Made by a program: the position numbers and the translations under genes. Shown piece by piece: positions 47,818 through 56,357 of a stretch of DNA of 64,000 nt. Where the stretch lies: NCBI GenBank assembly GCA_963778115.1, contig CAVZSV010000004.1, forward strand, positions 1,056,001 to 1,120,000, in the 5' to 3' direction. Under the pieces are notes generated by a model that was given only the letters and a program-made list of their open reading frames with translations, was not told where the DNA came from and did no database searches. Source of the DNA: an uncultured delta proteobacterium (lineage in GTDB: Bacteria; Bdellovibrionota; FAC87; UBA2466). Each line of letters starts with the position of its first letter. Within the stretch, counting starts at the first letter, position 1.

Positions 47818-48415
47818 GGATTCTTTTAACGCTATCGCCTTGCATCTCGTAGGAGGCGGCGAAGAGTCCTCCTTTTACCTTGGTCACGGAAAGAGTCCCA
47901 TCCACAGTTATGGCGACATGAGCCACATCGATATTTACCCCTGGCTTCATCCGGACATGGACAATGTAATTCGGGGGCGGCGGAGGTACGTGAACGCACA
48001 TCAAGGCATTGGGAACGAGAAGAAACTCCGTGACCGAGGATTGCGAATCCTCAACTGGGACCATAAACCCCTTGAGACGGACTGTTTTTCCGAAAATTTG
48101 ATTGATTTCCCGAGGCACATCGCCGCGTTGGTAGTCGAGCTTTCCTAACGTCGTCCAGTCCAACGAAACTGGTGATTGTCCCTCGGATGCCACCACCCTT
48201 CCCAAAGCTCCTGGGGCGTAAGTGAGCAGAGGCAGCCAGAACAACAACGCGAATTTAACGTCGAGGCGCCGAATTTGAGAAGTCGTTCTAATGTCATCCC
48301 CCAAAAAAGAATAACGCGGTTGAAAATCCGAACTTGCGGAAATGCCAAAAACTTGCAACCTGTATGTCGTATGGGAGTGCAATCGGCTAGCCACCTCCCA
48401 GTCTGTTGTCTTCAT
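47780..48415 (-). CDS. DUF3299-family protein
   Basis: GKTVRLKGFMVP, EFLLVP, CVHVPPPPPNYIVHV. Start uncertain. Confidence 0.8.
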   Translation of the reverse strand: MKTTDWEVASRLHSHTTYRLQVFGISASSDFQPRYSFLGDDIRTTSQIRRLDVKFALLFWLPLLTYAPGALGRVVASEGQSPVSLDWTTLGKLDYQRGDVPREINQIFGKTVRLKGFMVPVEDSQSSVTEFLLVPNALMCVHVPPPPPNYIVHVRMKPGVNIDVAHVAITVDGTLSVTKVKGGLFAASYEMQGDSVKRIHDPNSEWWNWRN

Positions 48416-48535
48416 CGGGAATACGGCGACAAAACAATACAGTTCGCGGCAACCGTCGCATCACGTCATTGGTAAGTCATTGGATATTAAAGCAAGTTGA
48501 GCTCAAACCCGGTCCCGTCAAAGATCAGACATCAT

Positions 48536-48550
48536 TGCAATTATTTTGCA
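48536..48550. promoter_or_regulatory. Zur-like box
   Basis: TGCAA-TTATT-TTGCA upstream of the zrg-like operon. Confidence 0.7.
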
Positions 48551-48601
48551 TTTAAATCAGATAAGGCCCCGTATTCTGGGTAGTTCACCAGCCTGGCGCG
48601 C

Positions 48602-48628
48602 TGGCCCAATGGTTGCAAATTATTTGCA
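48602..48628 (+). promoter_or_regulatory. sigma54-type promoter overlapped by a Zur-like box
   Basis: TGGCCCAATGGTTGC (48602-16) overlaps TGCAA-ATTAT-TTGCA (48614-28). Confidence 0.6.
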
Positions 48629-48644
48629 TTTAGGAGGATGCTAG

Positions 48645-49406
48645 GTGAACGCGACTCGATTTCCCATATTAATTGTCCTAGTGGCAATTCCTAGCTTAGG
48701 TTGCCAATTCGATACGAATGGCGTGCATGACGCGGCAGCCCAAGCTAAATACGATGCCTGGATTCAAAGCCAAAGCAGCGATGTGCAAAGGCGCGTCGTA
48801 GGTAAGGTCCTTACCGCCGCCGACAATACGGAATTCTGGAAAACGCCGCAAGTTCAGCAACCGCAACCTTCTCCCGCGGATTACCGCCGCGAAGTTGCTC
48901 CCCCCTCTGTCCCGTCCCGCGCGGATGCGGATGTTGTGCAATCTCCCCAGGAGTCGTCTTTGAAAGTTGAGCCGCCTTCTGAGCAGCTTGCCCCGCCTCC
49001 ACAGCAACCCACTCCGAAAGTGGTTCAGGCTGATGAAACTCGCTTTGAGGGAGGTGAGACTCCGCAGGAATTTCTCCGCAAAGTGGTTCAAAATTTGGAC
49101 CGCCCACGTTCGGGTGTTGTCGCTCAACCGCCTGAGGGAATGCCTCCGAAAGTGGTTCAGGGCTCGCCGCAATCATCTGAGGAGTCTCTACCGCCGGTGC
49201 AACCCGTTGAGAAAGTAGCTCAGAGTTCTAGCGAAACCTCTACCAAGTTGATTCCTTCATTTAAGACGACGGAAACGTTGCCATCGTCTAAACGAGAGAG
49301 CAGCGCCTGGGGATCGCCAAAGACGAGCAAGAATACTTCCGGGAAGTTGGTCAGCGTACGGACGAATGCTACTAGCAAGGACCGAAAAGATTTTAAATTT
49401 GAATGA
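48645..49406 (+). CDS. exported Pro/Gln/Ser-rich hypothetical protein (possible lipoprotein)
   Basis: AGGAGG RBS; signal ending SLG-C; repeated PKVVQ/RKVVQ/EKVAQ motif. Confidence 0.7.
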   Translation: MNATRFPILIVLVAIPSLGCQFDTNGVHDAAAQAKYDAWIQSQSSDVQRRVVGKVLTAADNTEFWKTPQVQQPQPSPADYRREVAPPSVPSRADADVVQSPQESSLKVEPPSEQLAPPPQQPTPKVVQADETRFEGGETPQEFLRKVVQNLDRPRSGVVAQPPEGMPPKVVQGSPQSSEESLPPVQPVEKVAQSSSETSTKLIPSFKTTETLPSSKRESSAWGSPKTSKNTSGKLVSVRTNATSKDRKDFKFE

Positions 49407-49423
49407 TGAGAGGTCGAGAGACG

Positions 49424-50740
49424 CTATGGTGAGGTTGTTAGATCCCTTTGATCAAGCGCCAAATTCCCAGCGTGGAAGACCAACCTAACATTTTGGGTAT
49501 TCGCAATATCTTCGATAGGATTACCCTCGATGACCACAAGATCGGCCTCGTCTCCATTCTCAATTCCCGAAGTGCGCCGTAGAAATTTCTTGGGAAGCGT
49601 CGTCGCCGAAGCAAGCGCGGTCCAGCTTGTAGCCCCCGCATTGACCATCATCACCATTTCCCGATGTACCGAATAGCCGTGGAAAACTCCAATATCACCT
49701 GAATCGGTCCCACAAAAGATAGGGATTCCAGCCTTGATCAATTTGGCTAGCGATCGGGGAAACGAATCTCGACCTCGGGATTGCCAATCAAGAACTCGGT
49801 GAAGGAAAGGTTCCGAGGGGTCCATGCGGCGGTAGGCATTTAAGAGGTTCGCAGGAATGAGAGAGACCAGAAGAGGCGAATTAAGAAGGTCTCGATTCTC
49901 AAGAATGTGTAAAGCCTCGGTCTGGTAGGCCATGGTGGGAATTTCGATCGTCTTTCGCTCCTTCATCAGCGCAACGAGAGAATCCGGAATATCGGTCTCG
50001 TGAAGGTGGGTTACGATGGTAGCCCCCGCAAGGACAGCCGCTTTGGCATCGTCCCAATTTCCAATATGAACGACGGTGCGCAGATTATGTTTCTTGGCGG
50101 TTCGGATAATTGCCTTCAAAAGAGATTCATTCATGACGGGTTTTGGTGGGACCTGCTCGCCCGCGTGGTCGTAAGACATCTTCACGACATCGGGATGTTT
50201 CTTGGCCAGCTCATCGACCTGCTTCTCTGCCTCTTTCACGCTCGTCACCAATCGGGTGGGACGACCGAGGTCGGAACCGTGGCCCTGAGGACACGTTAGC
50301 ATCGGGCCGGCGGCAAAGATCTCAGCCCCTTCTTTCGTTCTACGGATTTCGTCGCGGGCTGAAAAAATCTCGTTCTCATCGGCAAAGAGATCCAAGAACC
50401 CCGTAACTCCCGTGCGCAATACCAGACGTGATGTCTCGATCGGTGTGAGATCTTGGCGCGAGTCCCCAGGCCCAGGGTTTCCAAACGAAGAGTGGACATG
50501 CATGTCGTATATTCCAGGAATAATGTATTTCCCGGTAATGTCGATAACTCGCTCTCCCGGTTTGAACGCTTTAGGAGCGGTTTGGCGCTGGAGCTTTCCG
50601 TTGGATATACGAAGATCGGTACGGAGAATCTTTTGTGTAGCGGGATCCACTACCGAACCGCCTTTTAGCCAGACCGTATCCGCCCGAGCGGTGACTGACA
50701 TCCCAAAAAAGAACAGGACTGTGACTAGACGACGACCCAT
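49424..50740 (-). CDS. exported amidohydrolase family protein
   Basis: IIPGIYDMHVH, VVH, TH, GTDSG, ADLVVIEGNP. Confidence 0.9.
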   Translation of the reverse strand: MGRRLVTVLFFFGMSVTARADTVWLKGGSVVDPATQKILRTDLRISNGKLQRQTAPKAFKPGERVIDITGKYIIPGIYDMHVHSSFGNPGPGDSRQDLTPIETSRLVLRTGVTGFLDLFADENEIFSARDEIRRTKEGAEIFAAGPMLTCPQGHGSDLGRPTRLVTSVKEAEKQVDELAKKHPDVVKMSYDHAGEQVPPKPVMNESLLKAIIRTAKKHNLRTVVHIGNWDDAKAAVLAGATIVTHLHETDIPDSLVALMKERKTIEIPTMAYQTEALHILENRDLLNSPLLVSLIPANLLNAYRRMDPSEPFLHRVLDWQSRGRDSFPRSLAKLIKAGIPIFCGTDSGDIGVFHGYSVHREMVMMVNAGATSWTALASATTLPKKFLRRTSGIENGDEADLVVIEGNPIEDIANTQNVRLVFHAGNLALDQRDLTTSP

Positions 50741-50939
50741 GCCTTTACCCCGGATCTAATATAGCATTCGGCCAAGCCAGTTGGATTGGAATAATTCCAC
50801 GTAATCCGCTTCCCTTGTCATTGATTTACCGGTAGATCGTAAACGCAAATAACTTGCAATTATGTAGCGCTTTGCGGCCATGAAAAGTCCTAAGAGGCCT
50901 TTTAAATAAGCTTGATGAATTTCAGGCCAAAAACTAACA

Positions 50940-50954
50940 TGCAATTTTATTGCA
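50940..50954. promoter_or_regulatory. Zur-like box
   Basis: TGCAA-TTTTA-TTGCA upstream of the His-rich peptide gene. Confidence 0.7.
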
Positions 50955-51058
50955 ACTAATTGATTTGTCAGAATTAGTCTCTTCTGGTGGATTTACGTTT
51001 GACGCCGCTGCGAAAACTATCCTAATTTAGACAGGCCTATTAGGCAGGAGGAATACAA

Positions 51059-51244
51059 ATGAGCGAACAACATGGACAAAAAGCCGACCAATGCAAACCC
51101 CATCCAAACCATGCCCATAAACATGGAGAAGGTTGCGGTCACAAAGCCGTGAAGCACGGCGACCATACCGACTATGAGCACGATGGACATTTACATCGCC
51201 CCCACGGTGACCATGTCGATGAATGCAGCGGTCCAAAAAAATAG
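51059..51244 (+). CDS. small His/Cys-rich metal-binding protein
   Basis: AGGAGG RBS; HAHKHGEGCGHKAVKHGDHTDYEHDGHLHRPHGDHVDEC. Confidence 0.85.
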   Translation: MSEQHGQKADQCKPHPNHAHKHGEGCGHKAVKHGDHTDYEHDGHLHRPHGDHVDECSGPKK

Positions 51245-51733
51245 TTAGACAGATCCAGACAATTTTGAGTTCGGGGGATCGCTAGGCGGAGGGCTACATT
51301 TCGCGCACACCGCGAAGAATTCAAGGGAATGGCTGATATGGGAATAGCCCTCTTTCTTGAGAATTTTTTCAATCCCCTCGACTAGGCAAAAATCTAGACT
51401 GCGTATTTTGCGGCACTTGGTGCAGACCACGTGATGGTGGTGCTCGGAGCCCTCGCCGCGGTATTCAAATCGTACCGGACCGTCTCCAAAATCACAGCGC
51501 CCTACGATTCCGCTTTCCTGGAAGGAAGCGATGCAGCGGTAGACGGTGACCGGATCGATGTCTTCCTTTTCCACTCTCTTATGGAGTTCTTCCATTGTGA
51601 ACGGACCATGAGATTGGATTAGAATCGCAAGCACGGCGAGCCTCGGCCTCGTAATCCGAAGTTCGGCCTTAGTAAGGCACCGTACGGCAATCGCTTCGAG
51701 TTCTTTTTTACCGTGTTTTTTGCCATGAGTCAT
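51245..51733 (-). CDS. Fur-family regulator (probably Zur)
   Basis: LRITRPRLAVL, TVYR, HHHHVVCTKC, C-terminal CAKC; zinc-gene context. Confidence 0.9.
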   Translation of the reverse strand: MTHGKKHGKKELEAIAVRCLTKAELRITRPRLAVLAILIQSHGPFTMEELHKRVEKEDIDPVTVYRCIASFQESGIVGRCDFGDGPVRFEYRGEGSEHHHHVVCTKCRKIRSLDFCLVEGIEKILKKEGYSHISHSLEFFAVCAKCSPPPSDPPNSKLSGSV

Positions 51734-51922
51734 TTTATTGATCCCTCAACCTACTTCATCGGATGATTCGGAGGTTCGATTTAGCCGTGGCACGATACCG
51801 ATCAACAACTCAGATTTCTGCTAGTGTTTCCAAGTAGTGGGGCGTCGCCTAGCCATCTGATGTACTTTCAAGAACGATGCCTTGCTGTGTCAGGAAAAAT
51901 CGGACAAAATTGAATACACCTA

Positions 51923-52999
51923 ATGCTTGTCCGGAGAATGGGAAAAATTATGAACGAGTCCGCACGTAACCGCCGCAGCCAGTACCGAATTCATCACCAT
52001 GAGTTTGTAACGAAGGACGATGACATCAGACGAAACATGGGGCGAACGCGCGGGGTCGTTATCCTTGCCGCTTCGATGATGGTTTTAGAAATCACGTTTG
52101 GTTTTCTAAGTTCTTCGATGGCCCTTCTGGCGGAGGGATGGCACATGGCCTCTCACGTTGGGGCCTTGGTAATCACTCTGCTCGCGTATCAATTTGCGAC
52201 CTCAAGTAAGGCACACGAACACTTCTCGTTTGGCTCGGGGAAGTTTATTCCACTGGGGGGATATACTACGGCGATCATTCTCGCCATAGTCGCCATTTTG
52301 ATGGCGGTCGAATCAGTTGGGCGATTTTTTACCCCAGAAAAAGTAGCTTTTGGAGAGGCTATTTTGATCACCTCAATTGGACTCTTAGTCAATCTTGTCA
52401 GCGCTTTTGTCTTAGGACACGGGCACCATTTTCACGGACACGACCATAGTCACGATCATAACCATTCAGAACATTCGCACGATCACGTCGAACCCGATCA
52501 CGATGCTCACGACCACGATACTCATTCCCACAAGCCCGTCGCCGACGTAAATATCCGAAGTGCCTATTTTCATATTCTGGCGGATGCCCTGACCTCAATT
52601 TTAGCGTTGGGTGCCCTCGTATTGGGACGACAACTTGGAGCAACATGGCCTGACGCCGTTGTTGGATTTGTGGGCGCATTGGTTATCTTACGCTGGAGCT
52701 ATAACCTTTGCCGCGAGACCGGATGGGAACTCTTAGACGGTCACCCGAAGGAGATTAATCGAGATGCCCTTCAGAAAGCTCTCGAGGATGAATCTACCAG
52801 CGTACTCGATCTCCACGTTTGGAAGATCGCTCCCCGAACCCACGCGTGTGAACTTGTTGTTTCCAGTCCCACTGCTAAGGGCCCGGATTACTACAAGGCA
52901 AAGATACGAAACCGTTTTCTCATTCGTCACATCGTAGTTGAAGAAGTGCACGATGATCTGTTGCCCTCCGAAAAGATCGCAGAACAAGCAGGGACCTGA
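51923..52999 (+). CDS. CDF family metal efflux transporter (DmeF-like)
   Basis: SMALLAEGWHMASH, long His-rich loop, NIRSAYFHILADALTS, DLHVW. Confidence 0.9.
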   Translation: MLVRRMGKIMNESARNRRSQYRIHHHEFVTKDDDIRRNMGRTRGVVILAASMMVLEITFGFLSSSMALLAEGWHMASHVGALVITLLAYQFATSSKAHEHFSFGSGKFIPLGGYTTAIILAIVAILMAVESVGRFFTPEKVAFGEAILITSIGLLVNLVSAFVLGHGHHFHGHDHSHDHNHSEHSHDHVEPDHDAHDHDTHSHKPVADVNIRSAYFHILADALTSILALGALVLGRQLGATWPDAVVGFVGALVILRWSYNLCRETGWELLDGHPKEINRDALQKALEDESTSVLDLHVWKIAPRTHACELVVSSPTAKGPDYYKAKIRNRFLIRHIVVEEVHDDLLPSEKIAEQAGT

Positions 53000-53065
53000 C
53001 TCATCAGAAAAAAGTGGGGATCATTTGAGGATCCTTCAGGAAAGAAGTGTCACTCTCCTTTAAGG

Positions 53066-54546
53066 CTAAGGATCATACATATCTTTTCTTGCCTTTCTCT
53101 GTGAAATTTGATCAATCATTTAGATGAGTAATACTCTTGAACCTAAGTTTTTTTCGTCCATGTCGAATGAGTTCGCTGGGGCTAATTTTGGCGATCTGCG
53201 ACTCACCCGGAGGTTAATGGACATGTCTGACGGTATCGCCCAAGATCCTAAAGAGACCTTACCCAAGCTTTTAGGAGAAGGAGCTGGAATTGAGGGAGGT
53301 TACCGTTTTCTGCGTAATCCCCGTGTGAATTTGGAGTCGATTTTAGCATCCCATTTTGAGCAGACGGTTTTGCGAGCGAAACTGGAAAAGGAAGTTCTGG
53401 TTCTCCACGATACGACTGAGTTCAAATTTCCTTCCAAACGTAAGGGGCTAGGTTTGCTCAGTGGTAGTCGCTCCGCGGGAGACGGTTTCTACGGGCATTT
53501 TTCCTTAGTTGTGGGATCTTGTTTGCATCGACCTCTTGGGGTTGTGGCGGTTGAGCCAATGATTAAGCTGAAGAAGAAAGGCTATCAAAGCCCGTCCAAA
53601 GCGCGACAAGATCCGACGAGAAAGTCTCTGCGTTGGATGCGAGGAATTGTGGCCAGCGAATCGAGATTGGGCTTCGCAGCGAAACCTATTCACGTGATGG
53701 ACCGTGAGGCAGATTTCTTCGAGTTACTTTCTGAACTAAAAGATTCATCTGGTCGCTGCGTGATTCGAGTCTGCCGAGATCGTTTGGTTACAGACGAAAA
53801 CCTAGAAGAAGGAGTGAGCCTTTACAGCTCACTCGAGAGCGCTCCGGTAAAGCTTCAACGAGAAGTCCGAGTTGGAACAAGAGCACAAAGTCCCTTACCT
53901 CAAAACAGAAAAGACTACCCCGCTCGTCAGCAACGAACCGCCATGTTATCGGCGACAGCGGCAAGGGTGGAGCTAATACGAGGTCACCATCATGGAGCAA
54001 GATTAAATAAGACTGTGACACTCAACGTTGTCCACGTCTTTGAGTCCAATCCGCCGGAGGGAACAGAGCCGATTGATTGGAAATTACTCACTACCGAGTC
54101 TACCAATACGCCCGCGGATATCGAAAAGGTGATCGATATCTATCGAGCCAGATGGCTTATCGAAGAATATTTTAAGGCGATCAAAACTGGATGTGCCTTT
54201 GAAGAACGGCAACTCGAATCGAAAGATACCATTTTCAATGCCTTGGCAATCTTTATCCCAATCGCCTGGCGAATGCTGCTCTTGCGAGCGGAAGCCAGGC
54301 AACGGCCACTCACCCCGGCGACAGTAGTGTTAACCCCGACTCAAATATCGGTTCTCCGAGCGGTCTCAAAAACTCCCATCCCGGAAAATCCTACGGTCGC
54401 AGAAGCAATTTCAGCCGTTGCGAGGCTCGGCGGCCACCTTAAGCAGAATGGCCCGCCAGGTTGGAAAATACTAGGAAAGGGCCTCACAGAACTATTGACT
54501 CTAGAAAAAGGGTGGCTCGCTAAAGAAAGATGTGATCAATGATTAG
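53066..54546 (+). mobile_element. IS4-family insertion sequence (IS50/Tn5-like), 1481 bp
   Basis: 9-bp target duplication CCTTTAAGG at 53057-65 and 54547-55; imperfect terminal inverted repeats starting CTAA. Confidence 0.9.
53124..54542 (+). CDS. IS4-family DDE transposase
   Basis: FGDLRLTRRL, HDTTE, MDREAD, Y..RW.IEEYFK..KTGC, ARLGGH...PPGW. Confidence 0.95.
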   Translation: MSNTLEPKFFSSMSNEFAGANFGDLRLTRRLMDMSDGIAQDPKETLPKLLGEGAGIEGGYRFLRNPRVNLESILASHFEQTVLRAKLEKEVLVLHDTTEFKFPSKRKGLGLLSGSRSAGDGFYGHFSLVVGSCLHRPLGVVAVEPMIKLKKKGYQSPSKARQDPTRKSLRWMRGIVASESRLGFAAKPIHVMDREADFFELLSELKDSSGRCVIRVCRDRLVTDENLEEGVSLYSSLESAPVKLQREVRVGTRAQSPLPQNRKDYPARQQRTAMLSATAARVELIRGHHHGARLNKTVTLNVVHVFESNPPEGTEPIDWKLLTTESTNTPADIEKVIDIYRARWLIEEYFKAIKTGCAFEERQLESKDTIFNALAIFIPIAWRMLLLRAEARQRPLTPATVVLTPTQISVLRAVSKTPIPENPTVAEAISAVARLGGHLKQNGPPGWKILGKGLTELLTLEKGWLAKERCDQ

Positions 54547-54683
54547 CCTTTAAGGCCTTTTCGGAAGGGGTCATCCTTTAGGCACGTGACCCGTACCTTT
54601 TGGGCCCTAAAGGAGAGTGACACCTTTAGTCCCCTTTAGTCCCTTTAGTCGTTGGCTGTGGTATTAGAGTTGGAGCAGTTAGT

Positions 54684-56357
54684 ATGAACAAACGTCAGCG
54701 CCAGCTCATAGTTGATTCCCTGCTCCTAGGGGTTGTAGGAGCTGCCGCAACGCAGGCCTTCTCCTTCTTGCTAAAAGTAGCTCAGCAAGTCTTTCTTGAG
54801 GGAATAGCTGGCTACCGACCACCGGGCATACCCGATGATGGTGGGGTCCTTACTCAAGTTATCGGTCCGCATGGGTTATGGCTGATTCCTCTGGCCACCA
54901 CTCTGGGAGGTCTACTTTCGGGAATCTTAGTTTACACTTTTGCCCCGGAGGCAGAAGGCCATGGAACCGATACCGCCGTTAAGTCATTTCATCAGGAAGG
55001 AGGCCGAATCCGATTTCGCGTCCCGCTGGTCAAGATGATTGCCTCAGCGCTGACGATTGGTTCCGGAGGGGCCGCTGGGAGGGAGGGACCCACGGCGCTG
55101 ATCACGGCCGGATTCGGGTCCGCTTATGCAACTCTTTTCCGTCGTACCGAGAAAGATCGAAGATTGTTGGTGCTGGTAGGAATGGCTGCCGGACTCTCTG
55201 CCATGTTTCGTTCTCCCATCGGTGCCGCCCTTTTTTCTATTGAAGTCCTATATTCGGATATGGAATTCGAAGTAGGTGCACTCCTGTTTGCGATACTGGC
55301 TGCCGTTCTTGCCTTTGCACTAAACGGACTCTTGGTAAATTGGGCGCCGCTATTTCAAGTTCCTCCCTCGTTTCATTTTGCCCAGAAAGCAGATTATCTA
55401 TGGTTTATTATTTTGGGAGTTACGAGTGGGCTAGTTGCCTCAATTTTGCCCTCTCTTTTTTATCGACTTCGGGATGAATTCTTGAAATTACCGATCCCCT
55501 CCTTTGCAAAACCAGCTCTTGGCGGACTTGGCGTCGGCCTTATTGCACTGGGACTTCCTCAGATTTTGGGGGGAGGATACGGATGGATTCAGCAGGCCAT
55601 CGATGGGGCACTCCCGTTTAAGATTTTAATAGCGCTTTTCCTGGGTAAACTCTTGGCTTTTCCGCTTACGGTTTCATCAGGGGGTTCAGGCGGAGTCTTC
55701 GCTCCAGGCCTATTTGTAGGTGCCATGTTAGGAGGAACGCTATCCCAATTAGCTCATCAACCTCCAGCCCCATTTGTCGTGGTCGGAATGGCGGCCGTCT
55801 TCGGCGGAGCTGCTCGAGTTCCCATTGCCACGATACTGATGGTAACCGAGATGACCGGGGGATTTGAGCTTCTGGTACCGGCTTCGCTCGCCGTCGTCAT
55901 CGCCTACTTGTTACAAGATTCGATCACTCAAAAATTCAGATACCGCAGTCTCTATGAGTCCCAAGTTGCCGCCCGCAGTGACTCCCCTGCCCACGAGATT
56001 GAACATCTGAAAACAGCGTTGGAACTCATTCGAAGGAGGCAAGTTTTCACCCCCGAAAATTTGGGACACGTTGATCTCGTGGCTCTTCTTCGTTCAGGAA
56101 TTCCGGTCGATTTCCCCAATGGTACGCAATTGGGGCTTGCCACCCTAAAAGCGGGAAGTTGGTGGATCGGCAAACCCTTACAGCCGACCTATTCTTTCGA
56201 CGGGGGCGCCTCCGTCGAAGTGGTGGCCCTTCTTCGAGGGAAGAACCTCATCTTGCCCATAGAAAAAGAGGTTCTCATTGAAAGCGGGGATCGTCTGATC
56301 GCCATCGCCTCAGCTACGGTCTGGGCGGATCAGAAGAACTACCAACTCACCCCTTAG
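54684..56357 (+). CDS. ClC chloride channel / Cl-/H+ antiporter with C-terminal TrkA-C-like domain
   Basis: EAEGHGTD, GREGP, GGVFAP, EMTGG. Confidence 0.9.
   Translation: MNKRQRQLIVDSLLLGVVGAAATQAFSFLLKVAQQVFLEGIAGYRPPGIPDDGGVLTQVIGPHGLWLIPLATTLGGLLSGILVYTFAPEAEGHGTDTAVKSFHQEGGRIRFRVPLVKMIASALTIGSGGAAGREGPTALITAGFGSAYATLFRRTEKDRRLLVLVGMAAGLSAMFRSPIGAALFSIEVLYSDMEFEVGALLFAILAAVLAFALNGLLVNWAPLFQVPPSFHFAQKADYLWFIILGVTSGLVASILPSLFYRLRDEFLKLPIPSFAKPALGGLGVGLIALGLPQILGGGYGWIQQAIDGALPFKILIALFLGKLLAFPLTVSSGGSGGVFAPGLFVGAMLGGTLSQLAHQPPAPFVVVGMAAVFGGAARVPIATILMVTEMTGGFELLVPASLAVVIAYLLQDSITQKFRYRSLYESQVAARSDSPAHEIEHLKTALELIRRRQVFTPENLGHVDLVALLRSGIPVDFPNGTQLGLATLKAGSWWIGKPLQPTYSFDGGASVEVVALLRGKNLILPIEKEVLIESGDRLIAIASATVWADQKNYQLTP

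Noticed and set aside
47552..48148. 198-aa plus-strand ORF
   Set aside because: Antisense to two DUF3299 genes with clear motifs.
52420..52530. Repetitive CACGAY-rich tract
   Set aside because: It encodes the His-rich loop of the CDF transporter; not a DNA repeat element.
54623..54650. CCTTTAGTC x3 as a CRISPR or iteron array
   Set aside because: Too short, no spacers, and no cas or rep gene nearby. I found no CRISPR array in the window.
55502..55517. CTTTGCAA inside the ClC gene as a fifth att core
   Set aside because: It lies within an intact CDS and a 7-8 nt match is expected by chance.
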